From Hydrurus foetidus (taxonomy: Eukaryota): DNA of 64,000 nt. The translations under genes were made by a program, and so were the position numbers. Positions 42,412 to 53,712 of the stretch are shown here, in pieces. Within the stretch, counting starts at the first letter, position 1. Each line of letters begins with the position of its first letter. The stretch is from assembly GCA_900617105.1 (NCBI GenBank), contig UYFQ01000005.1:496001-560000 (forward strand), given 5' to 3'. The notes below the pieces were generated by a model. It saw nothing but the letters and a program-made list of their open reading frames with translations. It had not been told where the DNA came from and ran no database searches.

Positions 42412-43563
42412 ATGAGTGAAAACCCCCTGTCTACCGTCTTAAAAGATGCCAAGCGCATCGTCGTCAAAGTAGGTTCCAGCCTCGTCACCAACGAAGGCCG
42501 TGGGCTGGATGAAGCGGCCATCGGCGAATGGTGCCGCCAGCTCGCCACCCTGGTGCGCGGAAGCGTCGCCACAGGCGCACCGCGTGAGGTCATCATGGTT
42601 TCCAGCGGCGCAATTGCCGAGGGCATGAAGCGCCTGGGGTGGACGACACGTCCGCACGAGATCAACGAGCTCCAGGCCGCCGCCGCTGTGGGGCAAATGG
42701 GTTTGGTACAGATGTACGAAACCAAGCTGCGCGAGCAGGGCCTGGGCAGCGCCCAAGTGCTGCTGACCCACGCTGATTTGGCTGACCGAGAGCGCTACCT
42801 GAATGCCCGCTCCACCCTGCTGACGCTGCTGCGTCTGGGCGTGGTGCCGGTCATCAACGAAAACGACACCGTGGTCAACGACGAAATCAAGTTCGGCGAC
42901 AACGACACGCTGGGTGCGTTGGTGGCAAATTTGGTCGAAGCGGACGCTTTGGTCATCCTCACCGATCAAAAAGGCTTGTTCACCGCTGATCCGCGCAAAG
43001 ACCCAGCTGCGACCTTCGTCCACGAAGCCAAGGCGGGCGACCCTGCGCTGGAAGCGATGGCCGGTGGCGTGGGTTCCAGCATTGGCCGGGGCGGCATGAT
43101 CACCAAAATCCTTGCGGCCAAACGCGCTGCTGGTTCAGGTGCTTCTACCGTTATCGCCTATGGCCGCGAAACAGATGCGCTGCTGCGCTTGGTGCAGGGT
43201 GAGTCGATTGGCACCTTGCTGGTCGCCCAAACCCGTAAAACCCAAGCTCGCAAGCAGTGGATTGCCGATCACTTGCAGATGCGCGGTGCAGTGGTGGTGG
43301 ATGCGGGCGCTGTCGCCAAGCTGCAAGGCGAAGGTAAGAGCCTGCTGCCCATCGGCATGACCAGCGTGGAAGGGGATTTTTCACGCGGCGACGTGATCGC
43401 CATCCGCAGCCCCGAGGGCATAGAGATCGCACGCGGCCTTGCCAACTATGCGAGTGCAGAGGCGCGGCTGATTTGCCGCAAGCCGTCAGCTGAGTTTGAG
43501 CGCTTGTTGGGGTATGTCGCGGAACCAGAAATGGTGCACCGTGATAATTTGGTGCTGCGCTGA
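42412..43563 (+). CDS. proB: Glutamate 5-kinase
   Basis: [36 protein letters not shown] domain. Confidence 0.96.
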   Translation: MSENPLSTVLKDAKRIVVKVGSSLVTNEGRGLDEAAIGEWCRQLATLVRGSVATGAPREVIMVSSGAIAEGMKRLGWTTRPHEINELQAAAAVGQMGLVQMYETKLREQGLGSAQVLLTHADLADRERYLNARSTLLTLLRLGVVPVINENDTVVNDEIKFGDNDTLGALVANLVEADALVILTDQKGLFTADPRKDPAATFVHEAKAGDPALEAMAGGVGSSIGRGGMITKILAAKRAAGSGASTVIAYGRETDALLRLVQGESIGTLLVAQTRKTQARKQWIADHLQMRGAVVVDAGAVAKLQGEGKSLLPIGMTSVEGDFSRGDVIAIRSPEGIEIARGLANYASAEARLICRKPSAEFERLLGYVAEPEMVHRDNLVLR

Positions 43564-43575
43564 ACCACTGAGCCG

Positions 43576-44241
43576 TTAAATGCCTGTCGCGTGCATCGGG
43601 TCGGTGTCTATCGGCCCGATGGAGTGCGCTGCATACTGCGGGTCTGGTTCAAACGACCCACCAGGTGGCAACTCAAACGACGCGCTCAGCATCATGTCGT
43701 GGCCGTGTTGCCCTTCCTGATCGTGCGAGCGCAACCCCCCCCGCAGATAGCGATTACGGTGCTCATGGTGGCGCGGCAGGTAGCGGGCCAGCTCGGTTAA
43801 AGCCGACTCGTACACGCCGCGTTTGAATTCCACCACCACATCCAGCGGCACCCAGTAATCGTTCCAGCGCCAAGCGTCGAACTCGGGGTGGTCGGTGGCA
43901 CGCAGGTTCAAATCCCAGTCGTGCCCTACCAGCTGGAGCAAATACCAGATTTGTTTTTGGCCTTTGTAATGGCCACGCGCATCGCGTCGGATAAACCGGT
44001 CTGGCACCTCATAGCGCAACCAATCACGGGTACGGGCCACAATGCGAACATGGTCGGGCAGCAACCCGACTTCTTCGTGCAGCTCACGGAACATGGCCTG
44101 CTCAGGGGTTTCACCCCGGTCAATGCCACCTTGCGGAAACTGCCAACTGTGGGTGCGAATTCGCTTTCCCCAAAATACCTGATTTCTTTGGTTGAGCAGG
44201 ACGATGCCGACGTTGGGTCTGAACCCTTCTCGGTCAAGCAT
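43576..44241 (-). CDS. rppH: RNA pyrophosphohydrolase
   Basis: [12 protein letters not shown], Nudix box [28 protein letters not shown]. Confidence 0.95.
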   Translation of the reverse strand: MLDREGFRPNVGIVLLNQRNQVFWGKRIRTHSWQFPQGGIDRGETPEQAMFRELHEEVGLLPDHVRIVARTRDWLRYEVPDRFIRRDARGHYKGQKQIWYLLQLVGHDWDLNLRATDHPEFDAWRWNDYWVPLDVVVEFKRGVYESALTELARYLPRHHEHRNRYLRGGLRSHDQEGQHGHDMMLSASFELPPGGSFEPDPQYAAHSIGPIDTDPMHATGI

Positions 44242-44396
44242 AATCAAACCTCAAATTTTTAAACTGAGTTCATTATGCACGCCGTGTGCAGTGCAGGCTA
44301 ATCCCCTACTCTCTTCTTTTCGCGGATTTGAGGCTGCCAAATGGCCCTAACTCCTCCTAACTTGCCCCAAAGCACCCCCACAGAACCCCTTGCCCG

Positions 44397-46151
44397 ATGA
44401 AAGCCTCTCAATTCCTCATCTCCACCCTCAAAGATGCCCCCGCCGACGCTGAAGTCGCCAGCCATAAGCTGATGATGCGTGCGGGTATGGTCAAAAAGCT
44501 CGGCGTGGGCATCTTCACTTTCATGCCTATGGGCTTGCGCGTGATCCGCAAGGTGGAAGCCATCGTGCGCGAGGAAATGAACCGGGCTGGCGGCATCGAA
44601 GTCACCATGCCCGTGGTGCAACCGGCTGAATACTGGCAAGAGACGGGCCGCTTCGAGAAAATGGGCCCTGAGCTGCTGCGCCTCAAAGACCGCCATGACC
44701 GTGACTATGTGCTTCAGCCCACCAGCGAAGAAGTGGTCACTGACATTGCACGCCAAGAATTCCGCAGCTACAAGCAGTTGCCCAAGAACCTCTACCAAAT
44801 CCAGACCAAGTTCCGCGACGAACGCCGTCCCCGCTTTGGCCTGATGCGTGGGCGTGAGTTCATCATGAAAGATGCCTACAGCTTTGACCGCGATGCCGAT
44901 ACCGCCAAAGCCAGCTACCAAGTCATGGCCAGCGCCTACCGACGCATTTTTGACCGTTTCGGCCTGCGCTACCGCGCTGTCGCGGCGGACAGCGGCGCGA
45001 TCGGTGGCGACCTGAGCGAAGAATTCCAAGTGATCGCCGCCACGGGCGAAGACGCCATCGTCTACTGCCCCACCAGCCCCTACGCCGCCAACATGGAAAA
45101 AGCCGAAGCTTTGGCACCTACAGTGGTGCGCGGTGTAGCAAAGCAAGACCTGGCCCCTACCGCCACCCCCGGTAAAAGCACCTGCGCTGACGTGGCCGAG
45201 TTGCTGGGCGTGCCTTTGTGTACCACCGTCAAATCCCTGGTTTTAGCGACAGACGAATTGAACGACAAAGGCGAAATCGTCAAAACCCAGGTCTGGCTGC
45301 TGCTGCTGCGTGGCGACCACGATATGAACGAAGTCAAAGTCGCCAAGCTGCCCGGCCTGGACGGCTTCCGTTTCGCAACCGTCCCCGAGATCGAAGCCCA
45401 TTTCGGTTGCAAACCTGGCTACTTGGGCCCCATCGGCTTGAAGCTGCCCGTCAAAACCATCGCTGACCGCGATGTGGCCGTGATGGCTGACTGGATTTGC
45501 GGCGCCAACCAGCCCGATGTCCACTTGACCGGCGTGAACTGGGGCCGTGACCTGCCCGAACCCGATGCGGTGGCTGACCTGCGCAACATCGTCGAAGGCG
45601 ATGCGTCGCCTGACGGCCAGGGCGTGCTCGCCATCGAGCGCGGCATTGAAATCGGCCATATCTTCTACCTGGGCAACAAGTACAGCCGGGCCATGAACGC
45701 CACGTTCCTGGACTCGAACGGCAAGCCCCAATTTTTCGAGATGGGCTGCTACGGCATCGGCGTGACCCGCTTGCCAGCGGCTGCCATCGAGCAAAACCAC
45801 GACGAGCGCGGCATCATCTGGCCTGACGCGATTGCCCCGTTCACCGTGGTGGTTTGCCCCATCGGTGCTGACCGCAGCGCGGACGTGAAAGCGGCGTCTG
45901 ACAAGCTCTACGCCGATTTGCTCGCGCTGGGTGTGGACGTGATCCTGGACGACCGGGGCGAGCGCCCTGGTGCGATGTTTGCCGATTGGGAGTTGATTGG
46001 CGTACCGCACCGCATCACCGTGGGCGACAAAGGCCTGAAAGACGGCCAAGTCGAATACCAGCACCGCCGCGATGCCGCTGCCAGCAAGATGGCGTTGGGC
46101 GATGTGGTCAGCTTCGTGCATGCCAAATTGCAGGGTGGTGTGGCCGCGTGA
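44397..46151 (+). CDS. proS: Proline--tRNA ligase
   Basis: [22 protein letters not shown], editing domain, [15 protein letters not shown]. Confidence 0.97.
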   Translation: MKASQFLISTLKDAPADAEVASHKLMMRAGMVKKLGVGIFTFMPMGLRVIRKVEAIVREEMNRAGGIEVTMPVVQPAEYWQETGRFEKMGPELLRLKDRHDRDYVLQPTSEEVVTDIARQEFRSYKQLPKNLYQIQTKFRDERRPRFGLMRGREFIMKDAYSFDRDADTAKASYQVMASAYRRIFDRFGLRYRAVAADSGAIGGDLSEEFQVIAATGEDAIVYCPTSPYAANMEKAEALAPTVVRGVAKQDLAPTATPGKSTCADVAELLGVPLCTTVKSLVLATDELNDKGEIVKTQVWLLLLRGDHDMNEVKVAKLPGLDGFRFATVPEIEAHFGCKPGYLGPIGLKLPVKTIADRDVAVMADWICGANQPDVHLTGVNWGRDLPEPDAVADLRNIVEGDASPDGQGVLAIERGIEIGHIFYLGNKYSRAMNATFLDSNGKPQFFEMGCYGIGVTRLPAAAIEQNHDERGIIWPDAIAPFTVVVCPIGADRSADVKAASDKLYADLLALGVDVILDDRGERPGAMFADWELIGVPHRITVGDKGLKDGQVEYQHRRDAAASKMALGDVVSFVHAKLQGGVAA

Positions 46152-46786
46152 CAGGCGTGACAAATGTGATAAATCGCCGAAACCTGCTTTCAAGCTTATC
46201 TGTTGGCCTAGGATTGCTCTCATTTCAGGAGCAATCGCAGGCTGGTGCGCAAATCGAAGAACCCTTGATCGACTCGGTGCGTACCGCCTTGCATTCCGCT
46301 GTGGCCAACCAAGCCCCGCCTGTGCCTGAGTTTCCCGACACCGAGTCACGCCTCAAGTACCTGCGCTGGCTGGCGGCGATGAGCCCTAGACTGGTGAAGA
46401 AAAAACCCGATCTGGAAACCCGCAAAGAGTTTTTGCAAACCATCTGGTACGAAAGCCACCGCGCTGGGTTGGACGTGTCACTCGTGATGGGCTTGGTGCA
46501 GGTAGAAAGCAATTTCCGCAAATTCGCCATCAGCAGCGTGGGCGCACGCGGCTACATGCAGGTGATGCCGTTTTGGACGCGCAGCATTGGCGACAGTGAT
46601 GTCAGCAAGCTGTTCCACATGCAAACCAATTTGCGCTTTGGCTGCGTCATCATGCGGCACTATTTAGACCGTGAAAAAGGCGATGTGTTCATGGCCTTGG
46701 GCCGTTACAACGGCAGCCGGGGCCGCGCTGAATACCCTGATGCGGTGCTGGGTGCCAAGCGCAACTGGGATTTCACCTTAAGCTGA
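46148..46786 (+). CDS. Lytic transglycosylase (SLT domain)
   Basis: [28 protein letters not shown] overlap with proS; RRNLL leader. Confidence 0.88.
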   Translation: MTGVTNVINRRNLLSSLSVGLGLLSFQEQSQAGAQIEEPLIDSVRTALHSAVANQAPPVPEFPDTESRLKYLRWLAAMSPRLVKKKPDLETRKEFLQTIWYESHRAGLDVSLVMGLVQVESNFRKFAISSVGARGYMQVMPFWTRSIGDSDVSKLFHMQTNLRFGCVIMRHYLDREKGDVFMALGRYNGSRGRAEYPDAVLGAKRNWDFTLS

Positions 46787-46787
46787 T

Positions 46788-48158
46788 TCAGCCGATGCGT
46801 TCCGCCAGCGCGGCGCAGACCTCCGCCACCACCGGCGCCCAGTCCCCGGCGGTGCGTTGCCGAAACAGCCGCATCACCCCTGGATACCAAGGCGAATCGG
46901 TGCGGTGCGCCATCCAGCGCCAGTCGGTTTTGTAGTCCGGCAGCAGCACCCAGCAGGGTTTGCCCAGCGCACCAGCGAGGTGCGCAATGGCCGTGTCCAC
47001 GCAAATTACCAGATCCAGCCCGGCCACGATGGCTGCAGCGTCTGCGAAATCAGCCATCTGGGTGCCCAGCTCCAGCAGCGGCAAACCCGCAGGCGGGTGC
47101 TGTGCCTGCGCTTCTCCAGCACCTTGTTGCAAACTGATGAAGCATGCGCCGGCAACCCTGCCCAGCGGGGCTAAAACATCCAAGTGGGGCAAGGAACGGT
47201 CAGCATCGTTTTCAAACTGCGGGTTGCCCTTCCACACCAGCCCTACACGCAAACCCTCTCGGGGCAGCCGTGTTTCCCAATACGCTACCGCATCAGGCTG
47301 CGCATGCAGGTAGGGCAGGCTGGCAGGGATGCTGTCGATGCGGGTTTGGCAGTGGTAAGGGATGCTGAGCGGTGGTGTCCAATAATCCCAGTTGCCCGAC
47401 GCTGGTAAGGGCAGTGCCGCATCAAATGCGACAACCTCATCAACGGCTGAAAGGCTACTGAACAAGCGCTTCAGTGCCGGATGGCACATCAACGTGATGT
47501 GCGCTGCGCCCTGCGCCTTCAGTACACTCGCATAGCGGCAAAACTGCACCATATCGCCATGCCCGGCCTCATAGCCGATGAGCACTGATTTATCCACCAG
47601 CGGCTCGCCCGCCCAGCGCAGGCAGGTGAGCTGGCGGGCCAGGGCGGCGTACCAATCACGGGCTTCCAGGCAGGCCCAGCCTTCGTCAAACCGACCTTGG
47701 CGCAGCAGCACGTAGGCTAAATTGAAGCGGGGTTTGGCGTAGCTGGCATCGAGCGCGATGGCCAGGCGCAGACAGCGTTCGGCTTGTGCATCCTTTTGCC
47801 AGCACAAGTACAGCGCACCCAGGTTCGACCACACCGCTGGGGATGCATCGTCCAGCAACAAGGCGTGTTCGTAGGTTTCTTCAGCCTCCGCCAAACGCTT
47901 TTGACTGGTCAGCAGGCCGCCCAGGTTCAGGCAGGTGCTCAGTACATCCGGGTTCAACGCGATGGCACACCGGTAGCAGGCCTCGGCCTCGGTCAACGCC
48001 CCACCGTGCTCCAGCGTGAATCCCAAATTGGCATGCGCCTCTGAGAGCTCGGGGTCGTGTTGTAGCGCTTGGCGAAAGCAAGCTTGTGCGCCGGTCAGGT
48101 CGTTGTCGGCCAGCAGGCGGGTGCCTTCAAAAAAATACTGTTCCGCGTTCACCGCCAC
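46788..48158 (-). CDS. TPR-repeat protein with glycosyltransferase-family-9-like C-terminus
   Basis: Repeated A..NLG....EA...Y..A..L.P; EAGHGD.VQF.RY, GLVWKGNP, DLVICVDTAIAHLAGALG, SPWYP. Confidence 0.88.
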   Translation of the reverse strand: MAVNAEQYFFEGTRLLADNDLTGAQACFRQALQHDPELSEAHANLGFTLEHGGALTEAEACYRCAIALNPDVLSTCLNLGGLLTSQKRLAEAEETYEHALLLDDASPAVWSNLGALYLCWQKDAQAERCLRLAIALDASYAKPRFNLAYVLLRQGRFDEGWACLEARDWYAALARQLTCLRWAGEPLVDKSVLIGYEAGHGDMVQFCRYASVLKAQGAAHITLMCHPALKRLFSSLSAVDEVVAFDAALPLPASGNWDYWTPPLSIPYHCQTRIDSIPASLPYLHAQPDAVAYWETRLPREGLRVGLVWKGNPQFENDADRSLPHLDVLAPLGRVAGACFISLQQGAGEAQAQHPPAGLPLLELGTQMADFADAAAIVAGLDLVICVDTAIAHLAGALGKPCWVLLPDYKTDWRWMAHRTDSPWYPGVMRLFRQRTAGDWAPVVAEVCAALAERIG

Positions 48159-48326
48159 CAGTGTTCACCGCTTAGCAGCAGCATCTCGGCGGCAAGGGCA
48201 GAGGTAAGAAGAAGGCGGGCTTTGGTAGGCATGGTGTACGAGGGTTAAGTTAACCAAAGCATTTAACTCTGGTGCTGCCCATGCAGACTACACCCCGTGG
48301 GTAAGGATATGTAACCTGCATTGGCA

Positions 48327-49382
48327 TCACTGGATGAACCCCATGCGCGTCTTGCTGGCACCCGCTTTGGGCAGGTCATCAGGATGCACTTCATTGCGCC
48401 GGGCCAGCCGTGCGTTACCAAAACCGGCCATCAGCGCGCGCCGCATCTCACGCGGGGCCATGTCGGCCAGGGCGTGCAGCAAGTCGTCGTGTGGCACAGG
48501 ATCAAAGCGCTGACCCCATTCGTGTTCGCCGCAAATGCTGCGGTACAGGTTGAGTGCAATCACCCGCGCTTGTTCGTGCGAAGGGGCTTCAATCTCAAAC
48601 ACGTTCATGCGATTGAGGATGGGGTCGGGAATACAGCGGGCATCGTTCGCGGTGGTGATCCAGATTACTTGGCTGGCATCAATGGGCACCTCGGCGAACT
48701 CGTCGGTGAAGTTTTGCGCCGTGTCGTGCTCCAGCAGGCTGTAGAGCGCCCCCAGCGGGTCGTACTGCGCATCGGCGCTGGCTTTGTCGATTTCGTCCAC
48801 CACGATAACGGGGTTCGCGTAGCGGCCATCGACCAGCGCTTCAAACACCTTGCCGGGCCGTGCGCCCTTCCATTGGGATGAGCTACCCGACAGCAGCCAC
48901 CCCGCTGTCATCGAACTCATCGGCACCAAACTCATGCCCGTGCCCAGCAGCTCAGAGAGTTTCTTGGCAAAGTGGGTTTTGCCGATGCCCGCTGGCCCCA
49001 GCAGCAACATGGGCGTGACTTCCAGGCCGTCGCTGCTGTCTTGGCTGAGTGCGACGTGGCGCTTCACATCGTCCAGCACCTCGGTGAAATTGGGCAATTG
49101 CTCGTACAGGCTGGCCATGTGAGGCACGCCGTTGGGCTTGACCTGAAAGCGGTCTGGCCCTAGCTCCAGCATCCGCTGGTAGGTGCTGCGCAGGCTTTCA
49201 TGTTCTTTGGCATCGCCCGATTTATGCAACTTGGTCAGCCGCCGCTCCACCTCATCGGTGTGGTAAACGCTGCGCAGTTGCGCGATGGGGATGCTGAACT
49301 CGGCTGTGTTGGCCACGCCGGGGTGGTCTGCGGGCTGAAGCCCAGTGGGGGAGAACAAAGGAACCAAACTGTGCGCTTGCAT
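48327..49382 (-). CDS. Stand-alone AAA+ ATPase resembling the Lon ATPase domain
   Basis: GPAGIGKT, NPVIVVDEIDK, FTDEF, TANDA, PILNRM; no protease domain. Confidence 0.85.
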   Translation of the reverse strand: MQAHSLVPLFSPTGLQPADHPGVANTAEFSIPIAQLRSVYHTDEVERRLTKLHKSGDAKEHESLRSTYQRMLELGPDRFQVKPNGVPHMASLYEQLPNFTEVLDDVKRHVALSQDSSDGLEVTPMLLLGPAGIGKTHFAKKLSELLGTGMSLVPMSSMTAGWLLSGSSSQWKGARPGKVFEALVDGRYANPVIVVDEIDKASADAQYDPLGALYSLLEHDTAQNFTDEFAEVPIDASQVIWITTANDARCIPDPILNRMNVFEIEAPSHEQARVIALNLYRSICGEHEWGQRFDPVPHDDLLHALADMAPREMRRALMAGFGNARLARRNEVHPDDLPKAGASKTRMGFIQ

Positions 49383-49475
49383 GATTCACTCCTGGTGTGT
49401 TGCCATCCAATCTGACGACTCCATTCCAGCATAAGCCGTGCCAAGAGACAACATACCTTGTGGGTGAATAAGCAC

Positions 49476-49502
49476 AAAAGAAAACCCGCTGTTTGGCGGG
49501 TT
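49476..49502 (-). terminator. Intrinsic terminator, probably for the prfA-prmC-grxD transcript
   Basis: Minus strand AACCCGC-CAAACA-GCGGGTT followed by TTCTTTT. Confidence 0.7.
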
Positions 49503-49598
49503 GATTCTGAGGAGGGGCTAGCGCAGCCCAAAGGGAAAGCTTAGAACGTGTTTACGATCTTCGAAGCACCAAAGCAAGAAATGCCAAATGGAAGAATT

Positions 49599-50930
49599 GA
49601 GGGTGTAAGAAGTTTTGTGTAAACGGTCTTTTGGCAGGAAACTGCCGTCTTGCATGGAGCAATGATGACCGTAGAACAGAAACCCTTACCCGCCGAACTG
49701 ATAGACGCACTGCTGGCAGACTACAAAAAGCCTGAAGATTTGATTGGCCAGAACGGCATCCTCAAGCAACTCACCAAGGCCCTGGTAGAACGCGCACTGC
49801 AGGCCGAGCTGACAGAGCACCTGGGTCACAGCAAGAACCAATTGGTGGCCAACGAGGCAGGCAACACCCGCAACGGACGCAGCAAGAAGACCCTCAAGGG
49901 CGACTTTGGTGAACTGCCCATTGAAATCCCCCGTGACCGGGCGGGCACGTTCGAACCCCAAATCATCACCAAGCACCAGACCCGCTGGAGCGGCTTTGAC
50001 GACAAGATACTGTCGCTCTACGCCCGGGGCATGACAGTGCGCGAAATTCAAAGCCACCTGCAGGAAATGTATGGCGCTGAAGTTTCACCCACCCTAATCT
50101 CCTCGGTGACCGATGCCGTCATGGATGAGGTCAAAACCTGGCAGGCTCGTCCATTGGACGCGCTGTACCCCATCGTTTACATGGACTGCATTCACGTCAA
50201 GGTGCGCGACAACGGCGCAGTACGGGTCAAGGCCCTGTACCTGGCCATTGGTGTCAACCTAGACGGCCTCAAGGAGGTGCTGGGCCTGTGGATGGCCCAG
50301 ACGGAAGGTGCCAAGTTCTGGCTGCAAGTGGTGACCGAGTTGAAGAACCGTGGTGTGGCCGACATCTTCATTGCCTGTGTCGATGGCCTCAAGGGCTTGC
50401 CGGATGCGATTGAGGCCGTGTTCCCCAAGACTGCTGTGCAGCTCTGTTTGGTTCACATGGTGCGCCACAGCCTGAACTTCGTGGGCTGGAAACAGCGCAA
50501 GGAAGTGGCCGCCGATTTGCGCATGATCTACAGCGCCGCCACTGAGGACGAGGCCCTGCTGCGGCTGACGGAATTTGAGGGCAAATGGGATGCATCATTC
50601 GCCCCGATTGGTCAGTCCTGGCGGCGCAACTGGGCACGCCTGACGCCATTCTTTGACTACCCGCCAGACATCCGCAAAGTGATTTACACGACCAATGCCA
50701 TTGAATCGGTGAATATGAGCCTACGCAAAATCACGAAGACCCGCGGGTCATTTCCAACCGATGACGCGGTATTCAAATTGTTCTATCTGGCACTGAACAA
50801 CATCAGTCAGAAATGGACGATGCCGATTCGGGATTGGAAGGCCGCCCTGAATCGATTTACCATTCAGTTTGACGAGCGTATGCCGCGCGTCTAACTTAAT
50901 CGCCGTTTACACAAAATCCGGGACACCCTC
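49599..50930 (+). mobile_element. IS256-family element, 1332 bp, 8-bp TSD GAAGAATT
   Basis: GAAGAATT at 49591-49598 and 50931-50938; same length and same protein as 4934-6265. Confidence 0.96.
49650..50894 (+). CDS. IS256-family transposase
   Basis: Same 414-aa protein as 4970-6214. Confidence 0.96.
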   Translation: MHGAMMTVEQKPLPAELIDALLADYKKPEDLIGQNGILKQLTKALVERALQAELTEHLGHSKNQLVANEAGNTRNGRSKKTLKGDFGELPIEIPRDRAGTFEPQIITKHQTRWSGFDDKILSLYARGMTVREIQSHLQEMYGAEVSPTLISSVTDAVMDEVKTWQARPLDALYPIVYMDCIHVKVRDNGAVRVKALYLAIGVNLDGLKEVLGLWMAQTEGAKFWLQVVTELKNRGVADIFIACVDGLKGLPDAIEAVFPKTAVQLCLVHMVRHSLNFVGWKQRKEVAADLRMIYSAATEDEALLRLTEFEGKWDASFAPIGQSWRRNWARLTPFFDYPPDIRKVIYTTNAIESVNMSLRKITKTRGSFPTDDAVFKLFYLALNNISQKWTMPIRDWKAALNRFTIQFDERMPRV

Positions 50931-51690
50931 GAAGAATTGCAAGCTGGTGTTGATCCATCGCTCGCAGTTCTTCCACAGCCGTCGGTTCTTCTCCAGCCAT
51001 GCAAAACTTCGCTCCACTACCCATCGTTTTGGAATGACCGCGAATTTGTGCAATTCGCTGCGTTTGGCTATTTGAACTTCAACTGTGTCGCCCAGCGTTT
51101 CTTTGACAGCCTGCTCAAAAGGCTTGCCCACATAGCCGCCATCACACAGCACGGCCTTGATCGTGCTCAGGTTCTGCTTGCAGCGTGTCATGGCTTGCAA
51201 GGCTCCTTTGCGATCCGTTACATCGGCTGTGCTCACCGCTACTGCGTGCGGTAATCCTTGCGTATCCACCGCAATGTGACGCTTGATACCTGAGATTTTC
51301 TTCCCTGCGTCATAGCCTTTACTGCCCGCTGTGTCTGTGTTCTTTACGCTCTGTGCGTCCACTATTAACAGCGTCGGCATGGCGTTGCGCCCCAGGTTCT
51401 CGCGGGCCGCGCCAACCTGATTTTTTTAAAGCCCGCTCCAGCACGCTGATACCGTCCTGGTCGGGCTTTTTCCACTTGGAAAAGTAGGCATATACCGTCT
51501 GCCATTTCGGAAATTCACTGGGCAAAAACCGCCACTGACATCCTGTGCGCAGCAAGTACAGCAGCGCACAAAATACCTCGTACTGATCTATTGTTGTGGG
51601 CTTTGTGCGTCGGCGCACGCCGCACAGCAGCGGCTCAATTTCGGCAAACTTCTCTCGACTGATGTCGCTGGCGTATTTCTTTTCTCTCAT
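50931..51690 (-). pseudogene. IS5-family transposase in two frames joined at an A7 run (51421-51427), 3' end displaced by IS256
   Basis: orfA YASD...RTGCQWR.LP.EFP.WQTVY; orfB IVDAQSVK, GYDAGKKISGIKRHIAVD, KRWVVERSFAW; native end HLAFLALVLRRS* at 49551-49590. Confidence 0.88.
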
Positions 51691-51733
51691 CCCCGTAGTT
51701 TCGGGTCAATTCAGGGAGATCGCAAACACGTTC

Positions 51734-52069
51734 TTAAGCCGTGATGGTGTCCAGCACGGTCTTCAGCTCACCGTTTTCATACATTTCCATCATGATGTCC
51801 GAGCCTCCGATGAACTCGCCCTTCACGTACAACTGGGGAATGGTGGGCCAGCTGCTGTATTCCTTGATGCCTTGGCGGATTTCCTGGTCGTCCAGCACGT
51901 TCACGGTTTTGATGCTCTTGGGTTCTACGCCGCAGGCTTTCAGTATTTGAATCGCCCGGCCCGAGAAGCCACACATAGGGAAGCTGGCGCTGCCTTTCAT
52001 GAACAGCAGCACATCGCTGGATTTAACGAGTTGGTCAATGCGGGCTTGGGTGTCTGGGGTATTGCTCAT
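51734..52069 (-). CDS. grxD: Monothiol glutaredoxin Grx4
   Basis: LFMKG, CGFS, WPTIPQLY, GGSD. Confidence 0.96.
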   Translation of the reverse strand: MSNTPDTQARIDQLVKSSDVLLFMKGSASFPMCGFSGRAIQILKACGVEPKSIKTVNVLDDQEIRQGIKEYSSWPTIPQLYVKGEFIGGSDIMMEMYENGELKTVLDTITA

Positions 52070-52113
52070 GGAGGCTCCTGAAATCGCTAAAGTAGTTGAG
52101 TGAATAACACGGA

Positions 52114-52977
52114 TTATTTCACTGTTGCACCGACCCCGCCACTCGCCGCAGTACTTACCGCATCACATCCCCCGAACTGGCCGCCCGTGCAGCGTGCAAT
52201 ACCCGCCAAATCAAGGCGGTGCTGCACCGCGTCAAACCCCTGCGCCACCATCAAGCCGTGTACCGCCTCGGCCTGGTCATAACCATGCTCCAGCAGCAGC
52301 CAGCCACTGGGGGCCAAGTGGGCGGGGGCTTGCTGAATGATCTGGCGAATATCGTCCAAACCGTCCACGCCACTGGCCAGCGCGTTCAGCGGCTCGTGCG
52401 TGAGCGCAGCCAGATGCGGGTCGGCGCTGGGGATGTAGGGTGGGTTAGAAACAATCAATTCGTAGCGGTGGCTGTGTTCTGCGTGCAGCCAATCCCCCCG
52501 CAACCACTGCACCCGCAGCCCCAAGCGGTCTGCATTGGCCTGCGCCACCGCCAGCGCGTCCGCGCTCGCGTCCACAGCGCTGACCTGCGCATCCGCCCGC
52601 GTGTGCGCCAGCGCCAGCGCAATCGCCCCGCTGCCCGTGCCCAAATCCAGCACGCGGGGGTGAGGCAAGTCCGCGATCACGGCCAAACCCCAGTCCACCA
52701 GCGTTTCCGTATCAGCCCTGGGGTCGAGCACGCGGGCATCCACGCGCAAATCCAAGCCAAAAAATTCTTTATGCCCGGTGATGTAGGCCAGCGGTTCGCC
52801 GTTGGCCCGCCGCTGGCAGCAGACCGTGAAAGCGGCGAGCGTGGGCGTATCCAGCGTATCGGTGTCGTGCGCCAACAGCCAAGCCCGGTCGTGGGCGGGG
52901 CGGGCTAAGACGTGCAGCAGCAGGTACTGGGCTTCGAGGCGGGTTAGTGCCTGGGGCAGCAGGGGCGATGCCGTCAT
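52114..52977 (-). CDS. prmC: Release factor glutamine methyltransferase (alternative start 53007)
   Basis: GEPLAYITG, PRADTE, DLGTGSGAIA, VSNPPY, LEHG. Confidence 0.95.
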   Translation of the reverse strand: MTASPLLPQALTRLEAQYLLLHVLARPAHDRAWLLAHDTDTLDTPTLAAFTVCCQRRANGEPLAYITGHKEFFGLDLRVDARVLDPRADTETLVDWGLAVIADLPHPRVLDLGTGSGAIALALAHTRADAQVSAVDASADALAVAQANADRLGLRVQWLRGDWLHAEHSHRYELIVSNPPYIPSADPHLAALTHEPLNALASGVDGLDDIRQIIQQAPAHLAPSGWLLLEHGYDQAEAVHGLMVAQGFDAVQHRLDLAGIARCTGGQFGGCDAVSTAASGGVGATVK

Positions 52978-53007
52978 GGCAGCGCGTAAGACTAGGGCCA
53001 GTTGCAT

Positions 53008-53712
53008 TCAGGGTGCCAGGAGGGATTCGTACTGCCCTAGCTGCGCCATGCCCCATTGCGCAGTTGTTGTGAGATCGGGCAAAGCGGGCGCTTGAATGGC
53101 GTTCCAAGTTTGGTTGGCCAGTGGTGAGCGTGAAAGCCCTGCCAAGGCCAGTTGAATTTCTGCCGTTTTGCCTTGAAGTAACTTGGCCAAGGCGGTGTGA
53201 GGAATCGCAGCGCTTTGCATCGCCGTGCTCGCGGTTGTTTCAATCTTCCACCAGTCAAACAAATCACGCGGTGTCAGCGCCCAGCCTCTGTAAAACAGTT
53301 TTTTAGCCAAAACTTCGGCAACTGGCTCCAGCATGAAGGGTGTGTCTGAGGATTGCTCATCGGGCAAATCCAGCAGCGACATGGCAACGATGAAATCAAT
53401 CTCACCGTCTGGCAACTTGAGTTTCAGCGAGGTTGCACCTTCGTTGTAGGCGGTGAAGACATGCTCAAAGCGGTCATTCAAGCGGGGTGACAGATAGCCA
53501 ATCCATTGGGGGTCACGGATAAACAGGTCAATGTCATGGCTGATGCGGTGGTTCAGTGCCAGCATCAACCGCGTGCCGCCGCCCAATTTAGGGTTCATCA
53601 CCGAGCCAGCGTGCAGTTCAGCGTCCATCACCAAAAGCTGCGCTAAATCAGCCAAGGTGCGCCAAGAGCCAGTTTGCCGGTGTGCGAGCACCTGTTCTAG
53701 GGTGGTGGTCAT
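53008..53712 (-). CDS. AbiEii/AbiGii-type nucleotidyltransferase toxin
   Basis: LGGGTRLML..NHRISHDIDLF, EVLAKK, RDLFD. Confidence 0.85.
   Translation of the reverse strand: MTTTLEQVLAHRQTGSWRTLADLAQLLVMDAELHAGSVMNPKLGGGTRLMLALNHRISHDIDLFIRDPQWIGYLSPRLNDRFEHVFTAYNEGATSLKLKLPDGEIDFIVAMSLLDLPDEQSSDTPFMLEPVAEVLAKKLFYRGWALTPRDLFDWWKIETTASTAMQSAAIPHTALAKLLQGKTAEIQLALAGLSRSPLANQTWNAIQAPALPDLTTTAQWGMAQLGQYESLLAP

Larger units (their letters stand above)
49544..51733 (-). mobile_element. IS5-family element (~850 bp net), TTA target duplication, interrupted by IS256
   Basis: Inverted ends GAACGTGTTT(A/G)CGATCT; TTA at 49541-49543 and 51734-51736 (the grxD stop codon). Confidence 0.92.

Noticed and set aside
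4934..50930. Inversion or composite transposon bounded by the two inverted IS256 copies
   Set aside because: Each copy retains its own matched 8-bp TSD, so these are independent insertions with no inversion in this sequence
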